Positions 47,706 through 57,848 of a stretch of DNA of 64,000 nucleotides are shown here, piece by piece. The stretch comes from Meyerozyma guilliermondii. Taxonomy: Eukaryota. Below the pieces are notes generated by a model. That model did not search any database and had not been told where the DNA came from. It saw nothing but the letters and a program-made list of their open reading frames with translations. The stretch lies in contig CP128817.1 of NCBI GenBank assembly GCA_051546255.1, positions 1,488,001-1,552,000 on the forward strand. Direction: 5' to 3'. Positions within the stretch are counted from its first letter, which is position 1. Every line of letters starts with the position of its first letter. A program made the position numbers and the translations under genes.

Positions 47706-48407
47706 TCATGGGAACGACGTTATGGTACCCAATTGGCGGTCCTGGTCGGTCAATGGCCCATTTCCTGGCCGAACCACTATGGTGGCTTTCATGCCTGCTT
47801 CTATGGCGGCACGAACCTCGGCGGGAGAATCGCTATAAAAAGTCACTGTGGCCGGTTCCGGGTTGCCTATGGCGTGCAAAATCGATTTGTACGATGTACT
47901 ATCCTGCTTGTGGCCCGAGGTGGTGATATCGAAATATCCAGCTAAATGTGGGGTCAAATCGAGATTACCTTTGACGTGCAGAAATAAGAGCTTCTGTGCA
48001 GCAACACTGCCGCTGGAATATATGTAAATTGGCTCTGAACTTGTAGTTATCAACGCGATGGCATCGTCATATATGGGTGCCACAAGGTCACCATTGTCAT
48101 ATCCCTTTTTCCACACCAATCCCTGAAGCGATTTGAGGACAGGGTCCTTAGTGTCTGATGCTACCAATTGTCGTATATATGTGATGAGCGACGTTTCATC
48201 TTGCTGCACATGCGAGGGAAACTGCAGGCATATGTTGGCGACGGGGTCGGCTTTGTCCAACGGAAACTGAAGCGACGACAATATGGGGTGTAATTGCTCA
48301 AGAAAATACGGAAACAACGTGTCCTTGACAAACGTAATGGGACAAACAGTACCCTCAATATCAAGAATCACGGTCATTGCAAACAATTCGCGGCATTCCG
48401 TCTTCAT
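47706..48407 (-). CDS. UTR4: Enolase-phosphatase E1 (methionine salvage, HAD family)
   Basis: ILDIEGTVCPITFVKDTLFPYF, D.K...LKSLQG.VW..GY, IYSSGSVAAQKLLF, GYFD...GHKQ..SY. Confidence 0.93.
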   Translation of the reverse strand: MKTECRELFAMTVILDIEGTVCPITFVKDTLFPYFLEQLHPILSSLQFPLDKADPVANICLQFPSHVQQDETSLITYIRQLVASDTKDPVLKSLQGLVWKKGYDNGDLVAPIYDDAIALITTSSEPIYIYSSGSVAAQKLLFLHVKGNLDLTPHLAGYFDITTSGHKQDSTSYKSILHAIGNPEPATVTFYSDSPAEVRAAIEAGMKATIVVRPGNGPLTDQDRQLGTITSFP

Positions 48408-48518
48408 CTTGGCCGAGTATCACCGCACAGTACATCAGCCTGCATATTGCAACCTAACACTGTGCATGAGATTCATGCAACCGATCAAGCAGCGGCCGAA
48501 ACTCAGCAAAGTTGCTTT

Positions 48519-50672
48519 ATGACCCTGTCGACCCCGTTGTACGACGAAAACGAAGACTATATCGATGAGAACCACATCAACACGTTTGCGAAAGCTTTAC
48601 TCTGGGAAGATGACGATCACGATGGTTTAGCGTCACCTCCACTTCCGGCCTATGAGGGTGATAAGCTTGCCGAGGTCAATGCCGAGGAATTGAGTCTGGT
48701 TTTGACACCAGAGCCAAATAACGAGCTGGAGAAGAGCCGTCCCGAGTTTGTGGTGTCTCACAACGACTGGTACCCTATTAATGCACCTGAAAAATCAAAA
48801 GCAAAGGCAGACGCAAAGGGACGCAAGAAGCGGGCTTCCACGCGTGATGAATTCCGGTCGTCTGCAGCTTATACGTTGTTACGATGGCCGTTTCTAATAA
48901 TAATCACAGTGTGGATTCTTCTACTTTGTATACTCTATACTGTTGTTCGTGCCTATGTTGCATTGCTGGAGTATATGTTGACATGGGTGGGTGAGCGCAA
49001 AGTGTTGAGAAACAAATTGCGGGCATCGAAAACTTATGAGGAATGGATCGAAAATGCCCTTGAACTTGACCGATATTTGCACCTCGACAAGTGGTCTTCG
49101 ATCCCCCGGTTTTCGTACTATGATTACCGCACCGTTAAGAGAACCACGTCCAAATTACGCATGCTTCGTATGAGGGGAATGGACGAAGAATTAATGGTCT
49201 TTCTTCAAGGCTGTCTCAAGAAGAATTTCGCCGGAATTGAAAATCGCCAACTTTATGCCCACCGCTACTACGGCACCAAAAATGTTGTCCATGTCTATAT
49301 CGACGAGGTGGTAGCTTCCATCGACCATGTCACCGAATCTGAGAATATTACCCCAGAAGATAAACGCAGATTCTTCCGCAGCGTACTGCGGAATTATGGA
49401 AGAACCGCACTATGTCTCAGTGGAGGTGCTTGCTTTGCTTATACCCACTTTGGCATTGTCAAGGCGCTTCTAGACAACGATCTTCTTCCCAGCATCATCA
49501 CTGGAACTTCTGGAGGTGGGTTGGTCGCAGCATTGGCTTGTACTCGTACCGACGACGAACTCAAACAATTATTGGTTCCTCGTCTAGCTCGCAAAATTAC
49601 TGCCTGTGAAGATCCCTGGTACGTGTGGATCCCCCGGTGGTGGCGCACTGGAGCCAGGTTTGATTCCACGGCGTGGGCTCGTAAAAGCAACTATTTTACC
49701 CTTGGTTCGTTGACTTTCCAGGAAGCGTATCATCGAACAGGAAGACGTCTTAACATTTCCACAGTCCCTGCCGACCCCCACTCCCCAGTAATCTTGTGCA
49801 ACAACATCACCGCTCCAAACTGTATTATTTGGCTGTGTTTGTTGGCGTCGTCGGCGGTTCCTGGCATTTTGAACCCGGTGGTTCTCATGATGAAAGACTC
49901 CAAAAAGAACACAATTGTTCCATTTTCGTTGGGTTCGAAGTGGAAAGACGGCTCGCTTCGAACAGATATCCCAATCGATGCTCTCAAAACTTACTATAAT
50001 GTTAATTTTACCGTGGTTTCCCAGGTAAATCCACACATTCTGCTCTTTTTCTTTGCTCCAAAAGGGTCGGTTGGCAGACCAGTAGCACTGTCTCGAAGAA
50101 AAACCCGCAGAGAAAAATACGCCTCCCTTCGAGGCGGCTTCATCGCTACGGCACTAGAGCACCTTTTCAAGTTGGAAATCAAAAAATGGTTGGAAATGAT
50201 CAAAACGCTCGACTTGCTTCCAAGACTTCTGGAACTGGACTGGCTGAGCATTTGGCTCCAGCGGTTCACGGGGCTGATCACCATCTGGCCCAGAAACAAC
50301 TTCAGGGACTTCTGGTACATTTTGAGCGATCCAAGTGAGGAAGGGCTTGGTGAAATGATTCGGAAAGGTGAGCGGTATATGTTTCCCAAAATTCTCTTTC
50401 TCAAACACCGGTTATCGATTGAAAACGCCATAGAACGAGGCAGAACTAAGTCCAAGCTCTCCACCGCCCACCTCGAGCACTCTCCTCGGTTTTCAGGCAC
50501 TCCGGAATTTGCAGGTCCAGAATTTCAGTTGCAGACCGTACACTACGACGACGATTACGACTCCGAATCCAGCGCAGAGGAAACCTTGCTGCCGGGATTC
50601 AGCCAGGGGACCCATGCTGTGCTCACAGACGAATCTGACGACGATTCGAGTGACGACGAGATCGACGACTAG
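48519..50672 (+). CDS. Patatin-like phospholipase / triacylglycerol lipase (TGL3/4/5-related)
   Basis: GRTALCLSGGA oxyanion loop, GTSGG nucleophile motif, WKDGSLRTD, TM helix before the catalytic domain. First ATG at 48519. Confidence 0.9.
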   Translation: MTLSTPLYDENEDYIDENHINTFAKALLWEDDDHDGLASPPLPAYEGDKLAEVNAEELSLVLTPEPNNELEKSRPEFVVSHNDWYPINAPEKSKAKADAKGRKKRASTRDEFRSSAAYTLLRWPFLIIITVWILLLCILYTVVRAYVALLEYMLTWVGERKVLRNKLRASKTYEEWIENALELDRYLHLDKWSSIPRFSYYDYRTVKRTTSKLRMLRMRGMDEELMVFLQGCLKKNFAGIENRQLYAHRYYGTKNVVHVYIDEVVASIDHVTESENITPEDKRRFFRSVLRNYGRTALCLSGGACFAYTHFGIVKALLDNDLLPSIITGTSGGGLVAALACTRTDDELKQLLVPRLARKITACEDPWYVWIPRWWRTGARFDSTAWARKSNYFTLGSLTFQEAYHRTGRRLNISTVPADPHSPVILCNNITAPNCIIWLCLLASSAVPGILNPVVLMMKDSKKNTIVPFSLGSKWKDGSLRTDIPIDALKTYYNVNFTVVSQVNPHILLFFFAPKGSVGRPVALSRRKTRREKYASLRGGFIATALEHLFKLEIKKWLEMIKTLDLLPRLLELDWLSIWLQRFTGLITIWPRNNFRDFWYILSDPSEEGLGEMIRKGERYMFPKILFLKHRLSIENAIERGRTKSKLSTAHLEHSPRFSGTPEFAGPEFQLQTVHYDDDYDSESSAEETLLPGFSQGTHAVLTDESDDDSSDDEIDD

Positions 50673-51226
50673 ACTAGTTGTCTTTCTCCAGTAACAATAC
50701 CAGCTGCCAACTTTTCAGCTTCAATTGCAGTTTGGGTGTCAAACCTTTGCTGCTCGACATCACTGAACGGCGCCAACACCCACTTGGACATGGTATTGGA
50801 CGAGGCGTTCTTGGGTTTGGGACCAATTCCAACATTCATCACTGCTACTTTCATGGTGGAAATTCCGTCTAGGACCGGCTTCAATGCCTTCAAACCATTG
50901 TGGGAGTCGTTTTTCCGAGCCGGCGAAAGCCCTACTGTCCCGAGCGGACGTTCAAAGTCATCGTGGACAATTACTAGCGAACTATCGCCTGGCCGTATTC
51001 GGTTCTGGTGAAGAAACTGTTTGAGTGCTTGGTCAGATTCGTTCATATATGTTTCAGAACGTACAAAAAACACGCCCTCGCCGTCGGTGGCCACGGAATA
51101 AGCAGCCTTGGACGGCCTGGAAAGGGTGGAATTGCCATACTCTTCTACAAGGTGTTCGAGAACTTGATGTCCTGCCGAGTGTCTTGATCGCTGAGGATTT
51201 CCCACGGAAAAAAAGATGATTGTCAT
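50669..51226 (-). CDS. PTH1: Peptidyl-tRNA hydrolase (bacterial-type, mitochondrial)
   Basis: SVGNP...RHSAGH, TYMNES, VIVHDDFE.PLG, HNGLK, VGIG. Confidence 0.85.
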   Translation of the reverse strand: MTIIFFSVGNPQRSRHSAGHQVLEHLVEEYGNSTLSRPSKAAYSVATDGEGVFFVRSETYMNESDQALKQFLHQNRIRPGDSSLVIVHDDFERPLGTVGLSPARKNDSHNGLKALKPVLDGISTMKVAVMNVGIGPKPKNASSNTMSKWVLAPFSDVEQQRFDTQTAIEAEKLAAGIVTGERQLV

Positions 51227-51325
51227 AAGGTGGTGGTGGTAGATAGGAAATGCGGTAACGAGTAAAAAATAAAAGCAAGTTGTTTGAATCTTTTAGTATA
51301 AATAGTGACTAGTTGCTGAATTAGT

Positions 51326-51405
51326 CGCACGATTTCTCACTGAATTAACATTTCTCACTGATTTCGCACGATTTCGCAGATACTGTTTTCGCACTGATAG
51401 TTTTC
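51326..51405 (+). repeat. Imperfect TTTC(G/T)CAC(T)GA direct repeats in the PTH1/LAA2 promoter
   Basis: gtcgcacga tttctcactga ... tttctcactga tttcgcacga tttcgcaga ... tttcgcactga. Confidence 0.65.
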
Positions 51406-51438
51406 GTTCGCGAATTCACCAACATACCAAGAACTACC

Positions 51439-52254
51439 ATGGACACAAATGGCGCTCCGCTTGCCGCTGAGGAGCCCCCAAGTTTCCCAGATCACACAGA
51501 ATCCGCGTCGGATTCCGAAAGTGACTTTGGTTCGTTCGGTTCTTTCGACCAAGACGAAAACGATCAGGATTCCTTTGCACCCACAACTCCAACGATAGAC
51601 TATTCCGACCCCAAGGAGCGGCAAACCCTCATAAAACGGTCCCTAGATGTCATGTTTGAGCTCCCCGTACCACCGTCATCACCGAAAAACCTTGCTGAAG
51701 AACTTCTTTCGGATCGTTCAAGCGAACTCTACTCACGACTTTCCGACATTCCCCACCTTCGGCCACCCAATTGGACCCGTCTGGTGGTCCGCCACCGTCT
51801 CTTGGTCAACCTAGGCATTCCCGTCAACTTGGACGAAATCAGCACCGCTCCAGCCAGTCAGGAACTGGCCGGAGAACGCCGCAAGTCGGTGAATGCCGCC
51901 GAAATCGACTGGAATGGACTCGACATTCCCGACTATAATGAATTGCATCTCGATGCTGGCACTCGTAGCCACCACATCGAAACCACCCTGGCGCTCATAG
52001 ACAGAGTTGAGGCGGAAAATATGGAAAACTCATCGTTGCAGTATCTCGAATCGGCTCTGGTGGAAACTTTGAGAGCCAAACTACAACAATACCAAACCAA
52101 CGCCAGCCAGTTGCGCACCAGCGCCAGCGTGTGGCAAAACGAGTTGTCTGTGTTGCAGAACGACTTTGAAATATACGAATCGGTGGTGCAAAACTTGATC
52201 GGACACAGCCAGCGATTGCGCCGCGACGAACTTCTACAACGCAACAAAAAATAA
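51439..52254 (+). CDS. LAA2: AP-1 accessory protein (Laa2/YBL010C-like)
   Basis: Acidic DFGSFGSF gamma-ear-binding-type motif, LY.RL...L.P..WTRS.VR..LL, C-terminal YESVVQNLIGHSQRLRRDELLQRNKK matching recalled Laa2 FENVVTNLTGHTQRLQRDEI. Confidence 0.75.
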   Translation: MDTNGAPLAAEEPPSFPDHTESASDSESDFGSFGSFDQDENDQDSFAPTTPTIDYSDPKERQTLIKRSLDVMFELPVPPSSPKNLAEELLSDRSSELYSRLSDIPHLRPPNWTRLVVRHRLLVNLGIPVNLDEISTAPASQELAGERRKSVNAAEIDWNGLDIPDYNELHLDAGTRSHHIETTLALIDRVEAENMENSSLQYLESALVETLRAKLQQYQTNASQLRTSASVWQNELSVLQNDFEIYESVVQNLIGHSQRLRRDELLQRNKK

Positions 52255-52287
52255 TGGGTCATACGATCTCCTATGTAGAGCGTGTTC

Positions 52288-54747
52288 TCAGTCATTAAAG
52301 TTGAACAACAGGCCAATATCATCGGTCAAAAAGTTTTTGTCTGCCGTGGATTGAAGGTTCATATTGATGAACGAACTGTCAACGAAGTTTGTGTTGAGTG
52401 CACCGGGCGTCACCCCAGGAGTGTCTGCGTACATATCAGCTTCCTCCTTCATGGTTGGCGGCGACTGGGCACGGCTGGGAGGAAGACTGGGCTTGATATC
52501 GGGGAACAATTGGGTAGGTTCAAAGTTATCGAAAAATGTTTGATTCGCAGGAAGATTTTCCGTCACCAACGAAATGTCTGGGAAAGACTGTGTTGACGAA
52601 GTGGGAGATTGTTCCGAGCTGGACTTCTTTCCCAGCGATTGCTTCAACTGGTGCACAAGCTGGTCCAACGGCTGCTCGCCCATTGGCCGCGCTGTAGGAG
52701 AAACCGCCGAATTGGGACTGTAGTTATCTGTACTTTCAACATTGTTCAGTGGCTCGTGGTGGTTATTCTCGCCCGAAGCTCTCTGGTCGCCATCATTGTC
52801 ATATTCGTAGTAGGTTTTTTGTCTGTTTTCCGCCGACATTTCCTCGTATTCTGCCATCTTTGAGCCCACCTCAATAACGTGCGCCCGCTTGATTTTGTCA
52901 TTGGCATATTTTTCGAAAAGCTTCAGCAACACGCCAGCAATGGGCCAGTACTTGGAGAGCTCCTTCAACACTGCTCTCAGAACGAAAAGAGAGTCGGAAG
53001 CAGCACTGGAAATCAAGTGATTGGGCAGGTCAACATGATATATCAACATCATAATCGCCAGAAACAAAATGTACACGAACATCACAGGACTGTAGCAAAT
53101 CTGCTGCTTGTCTAGAAGGATCTTGGAAATGATGGAGATCATCCGAGCAGCCTGGAAGGAAATTCCCCATGACGGATACTTGTAGTTGGAAGGATTGGTG
53201 GAGTTCAGTCTTGCCATTCTGAGAAGATTGGAGCGGTGGATGAGGTACAACCGGTTATAGTATTGGGCGTTAAGAAGGCAGCTGTAGAAATGTTGGGTGG
53301 AAGTGTCATTGAGGGAAAATTCGAGTTCGCGAGGAAGATTGGTGAACCAGATACCCATTAACATATCACAGTGCTGGATGATTGGCAGTTTGTTTTTCTT
53401 GTTCAGCTCGGCTTTGACCGAGTACTGGTGTTTCACGATAATCCCAGTGATTTCCGCGAGTTTCACGAGATGGATAAAGTAAAGCGCCTGCGTCACATTG
53501 ACAGGATATGGCGAAGGGTTTCCTGGTTCGTCTTCGTTAAAGTCATCAATCGTAAGCATAGGAACGTCACAATCGTTGAGGTCTATCACCGAGGGCCGGC
53601 CAAACGCTATGGCAACGTTACGGTCCTTTTCGAATAGACACCACCAGATTCTGCGCCAGATTTTTTTTTCCACGTTTGAAAGCGACGTGGACGACGAAAT
53701 GTCTCTTTGAAGCCCGAACCCATGGGCGAGTCCCACGGCGACTCTTGTCCAGTAAAACGAGTTTTTCGTGACATCTTCGGGACCTTCCCAGTACAGGCCG
53801 ATCAAAATGATGGTTTGGATTAGGGAAACCGGGTCACTTTCGTAGTTTGTTTCGTACAACGCTTTGGCACGGCGGAAGAATGTGAGACAAGCCAAGTTAT
53901 TGGAGCCGTTTGAGTCGAATAAAAGCGGGTTTTGTGACACTCGGCAGCCACAGAGCAAAACTGCCTGGAGAAGCATAAGCAGCGGCGAGTCGTTGGGGTC
54001 CATAAACTTGCGCATAAACTCGGTTCTGTTGATCACAGGCATGAGGGGATGGACGTGCTCGAAGTACGAGTTGATGATATCGATACTGAGTTCTTTGGAC
54101 GGGAGAAAAAACGCCCCGCGAAGCTTCAAAATTTCGAGTTCCACCGAATCCACCGATTCGTCTCTAATATCGAACAAGTCTGCCGTGAGCTGGACGTGGT
54201 TTTCGCCCACCTTCTTGGCAACAGGTCCGATGGAAGACAGCCCCAAAAACGTGAGCGACGCTCGAGCACGCGACGATAAGAGCTCTTTTTTGTGGATCAG
54301 CGGTCTCGTTTTATAGGAAGAAGTAAGCGATGGAGGCACAGAAACTTGTGAGATGTTGAGAACGGGTTCTGCTACCGTACTAGAGCCTTGGGATCCGCCA
54401 GAAGTAGCTGGAACCGTAGAACCAGCATGGGGAAGGTTGGAAAAAGGTACCCCAGAATCGGCCAGATTTGTATTTCCCGGAGTTGAAGGTGTGCCATAAT
54501 GATCATCTTCCGTGCGTCTTTTGGCACGAGGATCAGAACCTCCCGCAGCTCCTCGCTTACGTGCCTGAGGAAGAGTGCATTCGCAGCCAAATGTGATGCA
54601 ATTTGTACAAGGCATATGCATTTCTGCATCACACCTTACTTTTCTCAGACGACATACCAAACATGCTCTGGAACCACGAGGTCTTTTATACTTGATGGTG
54701 AAAGCCTTTGGCTTTTCTTCTGGTTTTTCCAGCTTGACTCGAGTCAT
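52288..54747 (-). CDS. CTF1: Zn2Cys6 fatty-acid utilisation regulator (CTF1-alpha/FarA type)
   Basis: RACxVCRxRKVRCDAE...PCTNCITFGCEC, ELEILKLRGAF.LP, FFRRAKALYETNYESD, YWEGPEDVTKNSFYWTRVA. Confidence 0.88.
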   Translation of the reverse strand: MTRVKLEKPEEKPKAFTIKYKRPRGSRACLVCRLRKVRCDAEMHMPCTNCITFGCECTLPQARKRGAAGGSDPRAKRRTEDDHYGTPSTPGNTNLADSGVPFSNLPHAGSTVPATSGGSQGSSTVAEPVLNISQVSVPPSLTSSYKTRPLIHKKELLSSRARASLTFLGLSSIGPVAKKVGENHVQLTADLFDIRDESVDSVELEILKLRGAFFLPSKELSIDIINSYFEHVHPLMPVINRTEFMRKFMDPNDSPLLMLLQAVLLCGCRVSQNPLLFDSNGSNNLACLTFFRRAKALYETNYESDPVSLIQTIILIGLYWEGPEDVTKNSFYWTRVAVGLAHGFGLQRDISSSTSLSNVEKKIWRRIWWCLFEKDRNVAIAFGRPSVIDLNDCDVPMLTIDDFNEDEPGNPSPYPVNVTQALYFIHLVKLAEITGIIVKHQYSVKAELNKKNKLPIIQHCDMLMGIWFTNLPRELEFSLNDTSTQHFYSCLLNAQYYNRLYLIHRSNLLRMARLNSTNPSNYKYPSWGISFQAARMISIISKILLDKQQICYSPVMFVYILFLAIMMLIYHVDLPNHLISSAASDSLFVLRAVLKELSKYWPIAGVLLKLFEKYANDKIKRAHVIEVGSKMAEYEEMSAENRQKTYYEYDNDGDQRASGENNHHEPLNNVESTDNYSPNSAVSPTARPMGEQPLDQLVHQLKQSLGKKSSSEQSPTSSTQSFPDISLVTENLPANQTFFDNFEPTQLFPDIKPSLPPSRAQSPPTMKEEADMYADTPGVTPGALNTNFVDSSFINMNLQSTADKNFLTDDIGLLFNFND

Positions 54748-55391
54748 GAGGATTTACCAGAATAACTAAAAATTGTTTACCCGCGACAAGTTTGAAGGCG
54801 CACATCTATATTTGGTGTTTGGCTGCAGCGACGTTTTGGTTCTTACCCCGCGTTAAGCCCCGCGCCTGGAGCCAGCACGGAGAGTGCGGACTCGGAACCG
54901 GACGGAAAGGGTAGTGGACGAATACGGTAATTGAATAAAGTCAAAAATATATTTCGAAAGTCAAAAGTTACTCCAAAACTGTCTTTCAAAAGCTACAAAA
55001 GTTAAAGTCAAAGTACTCAAGAACTGAATACCATTACACTTCCATTATACCATATAACACTCTCCTCTCTATTGTCTTTAATTTTGCAGCCTCCGCAAGT
55101 TTTCAAACCGATTTTCAACCAGGTCTTTTCTTCATCTTTTCCTTCTTTTCCTCCTCATTATCGTCCTTTTCTTTCATTAGCTTAAATACTATCTGGTTTT
55201 TCCAACCACATTGTCTTTCATTTTCATTTCCCTCCTTCATTCATTCCTTCATTGGTTTCCAACTTTTTTTTCCTTCATTTAACCATTGATTCTCCTTTCC
55301 TTTCCACATTGACTTCATTTTTCAGTTCTTCTCTCCTTCATTAACTCATTTATCCATTAATTTTCCTTTTCATTCCACCCTTTTCTTTTTT

Positions 55392-57719
55392 TCATGTCTG
55401 GTTATACAACTCGCTCCAGTCAATCCCACTGTCCATGTTCAAAAACGACCCGTCGTAAAGCTCTCCCAAATCAAACATCTTCATTCGAAGATCTGGAAGG
55501 TGGTCTGGACCCTCTTCCATGATCTCCTCACGGCTGGGAAACAACTGTTCTGGCGTAAATGTCAGGTAGAAGCTAGAACCCACTTCGGGAAGTTCAAAAG
55601 TGAGTAGATTATAAATTGGAAGCGACTGGTCGGGATCGTCAAACTTCTCGTGCATGGCATCCAGATTGGTATCGTTAAGCAAAAAGTTGATAGCAAGCAG
55701 TTTTGGTTGTTTGCTGGGTGTAGAAGCCCTATCGAGATTACTGGCACGCACCACAACGTGCTTGAATCGCGATGCAAAGTCAGACTCACCAGGATACGAA
55801 AGTCTGTTGGCCAAAAAATCAAGCGTCATTTTTGCTAGCGACGGCCACACTTTGGTAAATGCTTGAAGCGACCGCAATCCCACATCGATCCGTTGCCTCA
55901 GAGTGGTTGCAACTAACTCATTGTTGGAGTCGATGTGCAGCCCAAACACAAAGATGACAAGGGTGACAGCATACGTCATATAGGCTGGGTATACCGGCCG
56001 ATCACCCTCCAGAATTTTGTCCAGAATCGTCTGGAGTATAAGCAGACATGTGTAGATGGCTTGGAACAGGATTCCCCAGTACATATTGTTGCCCCCACGG
56101 CCAATTTGCAACCGGTTGATCCGATAGAGTGTAATGTAATATTGCACTCCAATGATACAGGCATACTTGTTGGTGCAACTGGGCAGAAATTTGAGCCTTG
56201 AGGGAAGGTTCCGGAAAAATGCTCCCATGAGCAAATTGCACTGGCGAACCACACTCTGGACTCGGTTAAAAGCCTGGCGCTGTTGCACGGTTCTGACAGA
56301 AAGTTCTTCATTGCAAATCAACCCTTGGATTTCTGCTAGCCGTGTAGTGTGGATGAAAAACTCGGCACCAATTGTATCTTCTTCCAGCCCGGACCAGTTG
56401 CCCTCGTATTGCTGAAAGTCTGCCATATGAAGCGGGAAAGCGCTTGCGTGTTTCAGCTCAAATCCCAATGGACGGCCATAAGAAAGCGCCATTGACCGGT
56501 CTCTGGTGATCATCCACCACCAAAGCTTTCGCCAAACAAACGCCAACTTTTTGAGTGCTGCCCATCCCTTCGGGGTGTTGCCGTATTTGGCCTGGAGAAA
56601 CGAGTACACAGGAAGTTCCTCGAGGTTTCTGTGAATGCCGTAAGTTTGAGCCGTGGAAAGAGCATTTCGAAGCCAAAGAAACAGCGATTTGTTCAGTGCA
56701 TCTGGCGTTTCGTCGTACCACGAGAGAAGGCAGAGCGTCTGGACGATCACGGTGGGATAATTGAATATAATATGGCCCTCATCCACCTCGGTGTCGGTAG
56801 CACAACCGACGTATTCGAAGCTCACCGTTGACTCGTAGAGCGTCCTAACCCTCTGGAAAAGCGCCCTCACCACTGTGGAAGTGGAATTGTTGGCGTCAAG
56901 AATGCTGGGGTGGCGGCAAAATTTGGCACCAACGAGAAGAATCGCCTGGATGAGAATAAGAGGCGGTCTTTTGTTGGGATCCGGGTCATTAAAATGCGCC
57001 AAAAACACCTGCTTGTTCACGATGGGCACCTGGGGATGTACGTACTGGAAAAACGTGTCAAAAAGCTGGTGGCACACGAAATCCAGAGGAAGATGGAAAG
57101 ATCCCTTCATGGTGAGAATTTGGATTTCGGCATTTAATTCAGCAGGATCGATGGGAAGTGGTTGTGGATTGTTTTTCTCGTGATCCTGGGCTCCGTGGGA
57201 GGTGGCTCCCAACGCCTCAGACATTATAAGATCATAGGCGGAAGATGGACCAAGATAGTAGAATTCGTTGACTCCGGAAAACGAAGGTTTTACCCCGGTA
57301 TATGTGTTGGAAGTTCCCAAGATATTGAAGGTAGGTGCTACATTTGTGGATGAGATGTTCAAGGTTGGTTCATTGGGATTGTATCTTTCGTTGTTTTCAG
57401 GAGTTGCTTTTGTTTCATTTTGGGGCGAATTGAGGGAAGAAGAAGATTGTTTTCTTGCGGAAAAATTGGATGAGTTTTGGCCGGCATAAATGCGAAACCC
57501 GTCATCTTGACCCTCGAGATTCAGCATAATAAATCCGGCGTCTCCTGCAGCCCCGGTTCGTCGTTTCCGAGGTTCTGCAAGTTGACATTCGCATCCAAAT
57601 GAGATGCAGTTGGTACAGGGAACATGTATCTCGGCGTCACACCGCACCTTACGCATGCGGCATACTTTACATGCACGAGCGCTCCGAACTTTTCGTAACT
57701 TCCATTCTCCCTTGGGCAT
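55392..57719 (-). CDS. Zn2Cys6 transcription factor, diverged tandem paralogue of CTF1
   Basis: RACKVCRMRKVRCDAEIHVPCTNCISFGCEC is near-identical to the CTF1 DNA-binding domain. EIQILTMKGSFHLP, YVHPQVPIVNK, WRKLWW...DRS.A..YGRP, C-terminal F.PEQLFP. Confidence 0.85.
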   Translation of the reverse strand: MPKGEWKLRKVRSARACKVCRMRKVRCDAEIHVPCTNCISFGCECQLAEPRKRRTGAAGDAGFIMLNLEGQDDGFRIYAGQNSSNFSARKQSSSSLNSPQNETKATPENNERYNPNEPTLNISSTNVAPTFNILGTSNTYTGVKPSFSGVNEFYYLGPSSAYDLIMSEALGATSHGAQDHEKNNPQPLPIDPAELNAEIQILTMKGSFHLPLDFVCHQLFDTFFQYVHPQVPIVNKQVFLAHFNDPDPNKRPPLILIQAILLVGAKFCRHPSILDANNSTSTVVRALFQRVRTLYESTVSFEYVGCATDTEVDEGHIIFNYPTVIVQTLCLLSWYDETPDALNKSLFLWLRNALSTAQTYGIHRNLEELPVYSFLQAKYGNTPKGWAALKKLAFVWRKLWWWMITRDRSMALSYGRPLGFELKHASAFPLHMADFQQYEGNWSGLEEDTIGAEFFIHTTRLAEIQGLICNEELSVRTVQQRQAFNRVQSVVRQCNLLMGAFFRNLPSRLKFLPSCTNKYACIIGVQYYITLYRINRLQIGRGGNNMYWGILFQAIYTCLLILQTILDKILEGDRPVYPAYMTYAVTLVIFVFGLHIDSNNELVATTLRQRIDVGLRSLQAFTKVWPSLAKMTLDFLANRLSYPGESDFASRFKHVVVRASNLDRASTPSKQPKLLAINFLLNDTNLDAMHEKFDDPDQSLPIYNLLTFELPEVGSSFYLTFTPEQLFPSREEIMEEGPDHLPDLRMKMFDLGELYDGSFLNMDSGIDWSELYNQT

Positions 57720-57848
57720 CGGTGGTGCGGTTATATGACAACCAAAACTGCCCCCACAAAATATAACACTGGCCCGCCGTTGGTTTATGCAGGTGCAAGC
57801 CGCTCAGGGAACTTTTTGATTCAGGTGCGATTTTTTCTTTTTGAATGC

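Noticed and set aside
48294..48518. 75-aa N-terminal extension of the lipase ORF overlapping UTR4
   Set aside because: TTG start overlapping a real gene. The first ATG is at 48519.
55130..55391. Long pyrimidine-rich tract (similar tracts at about 7360-7415, 15990-16050 and 26430-26530)
   Set aside because: Low-complexity UTR or promoter sequence with no defined repeat unit or structure.
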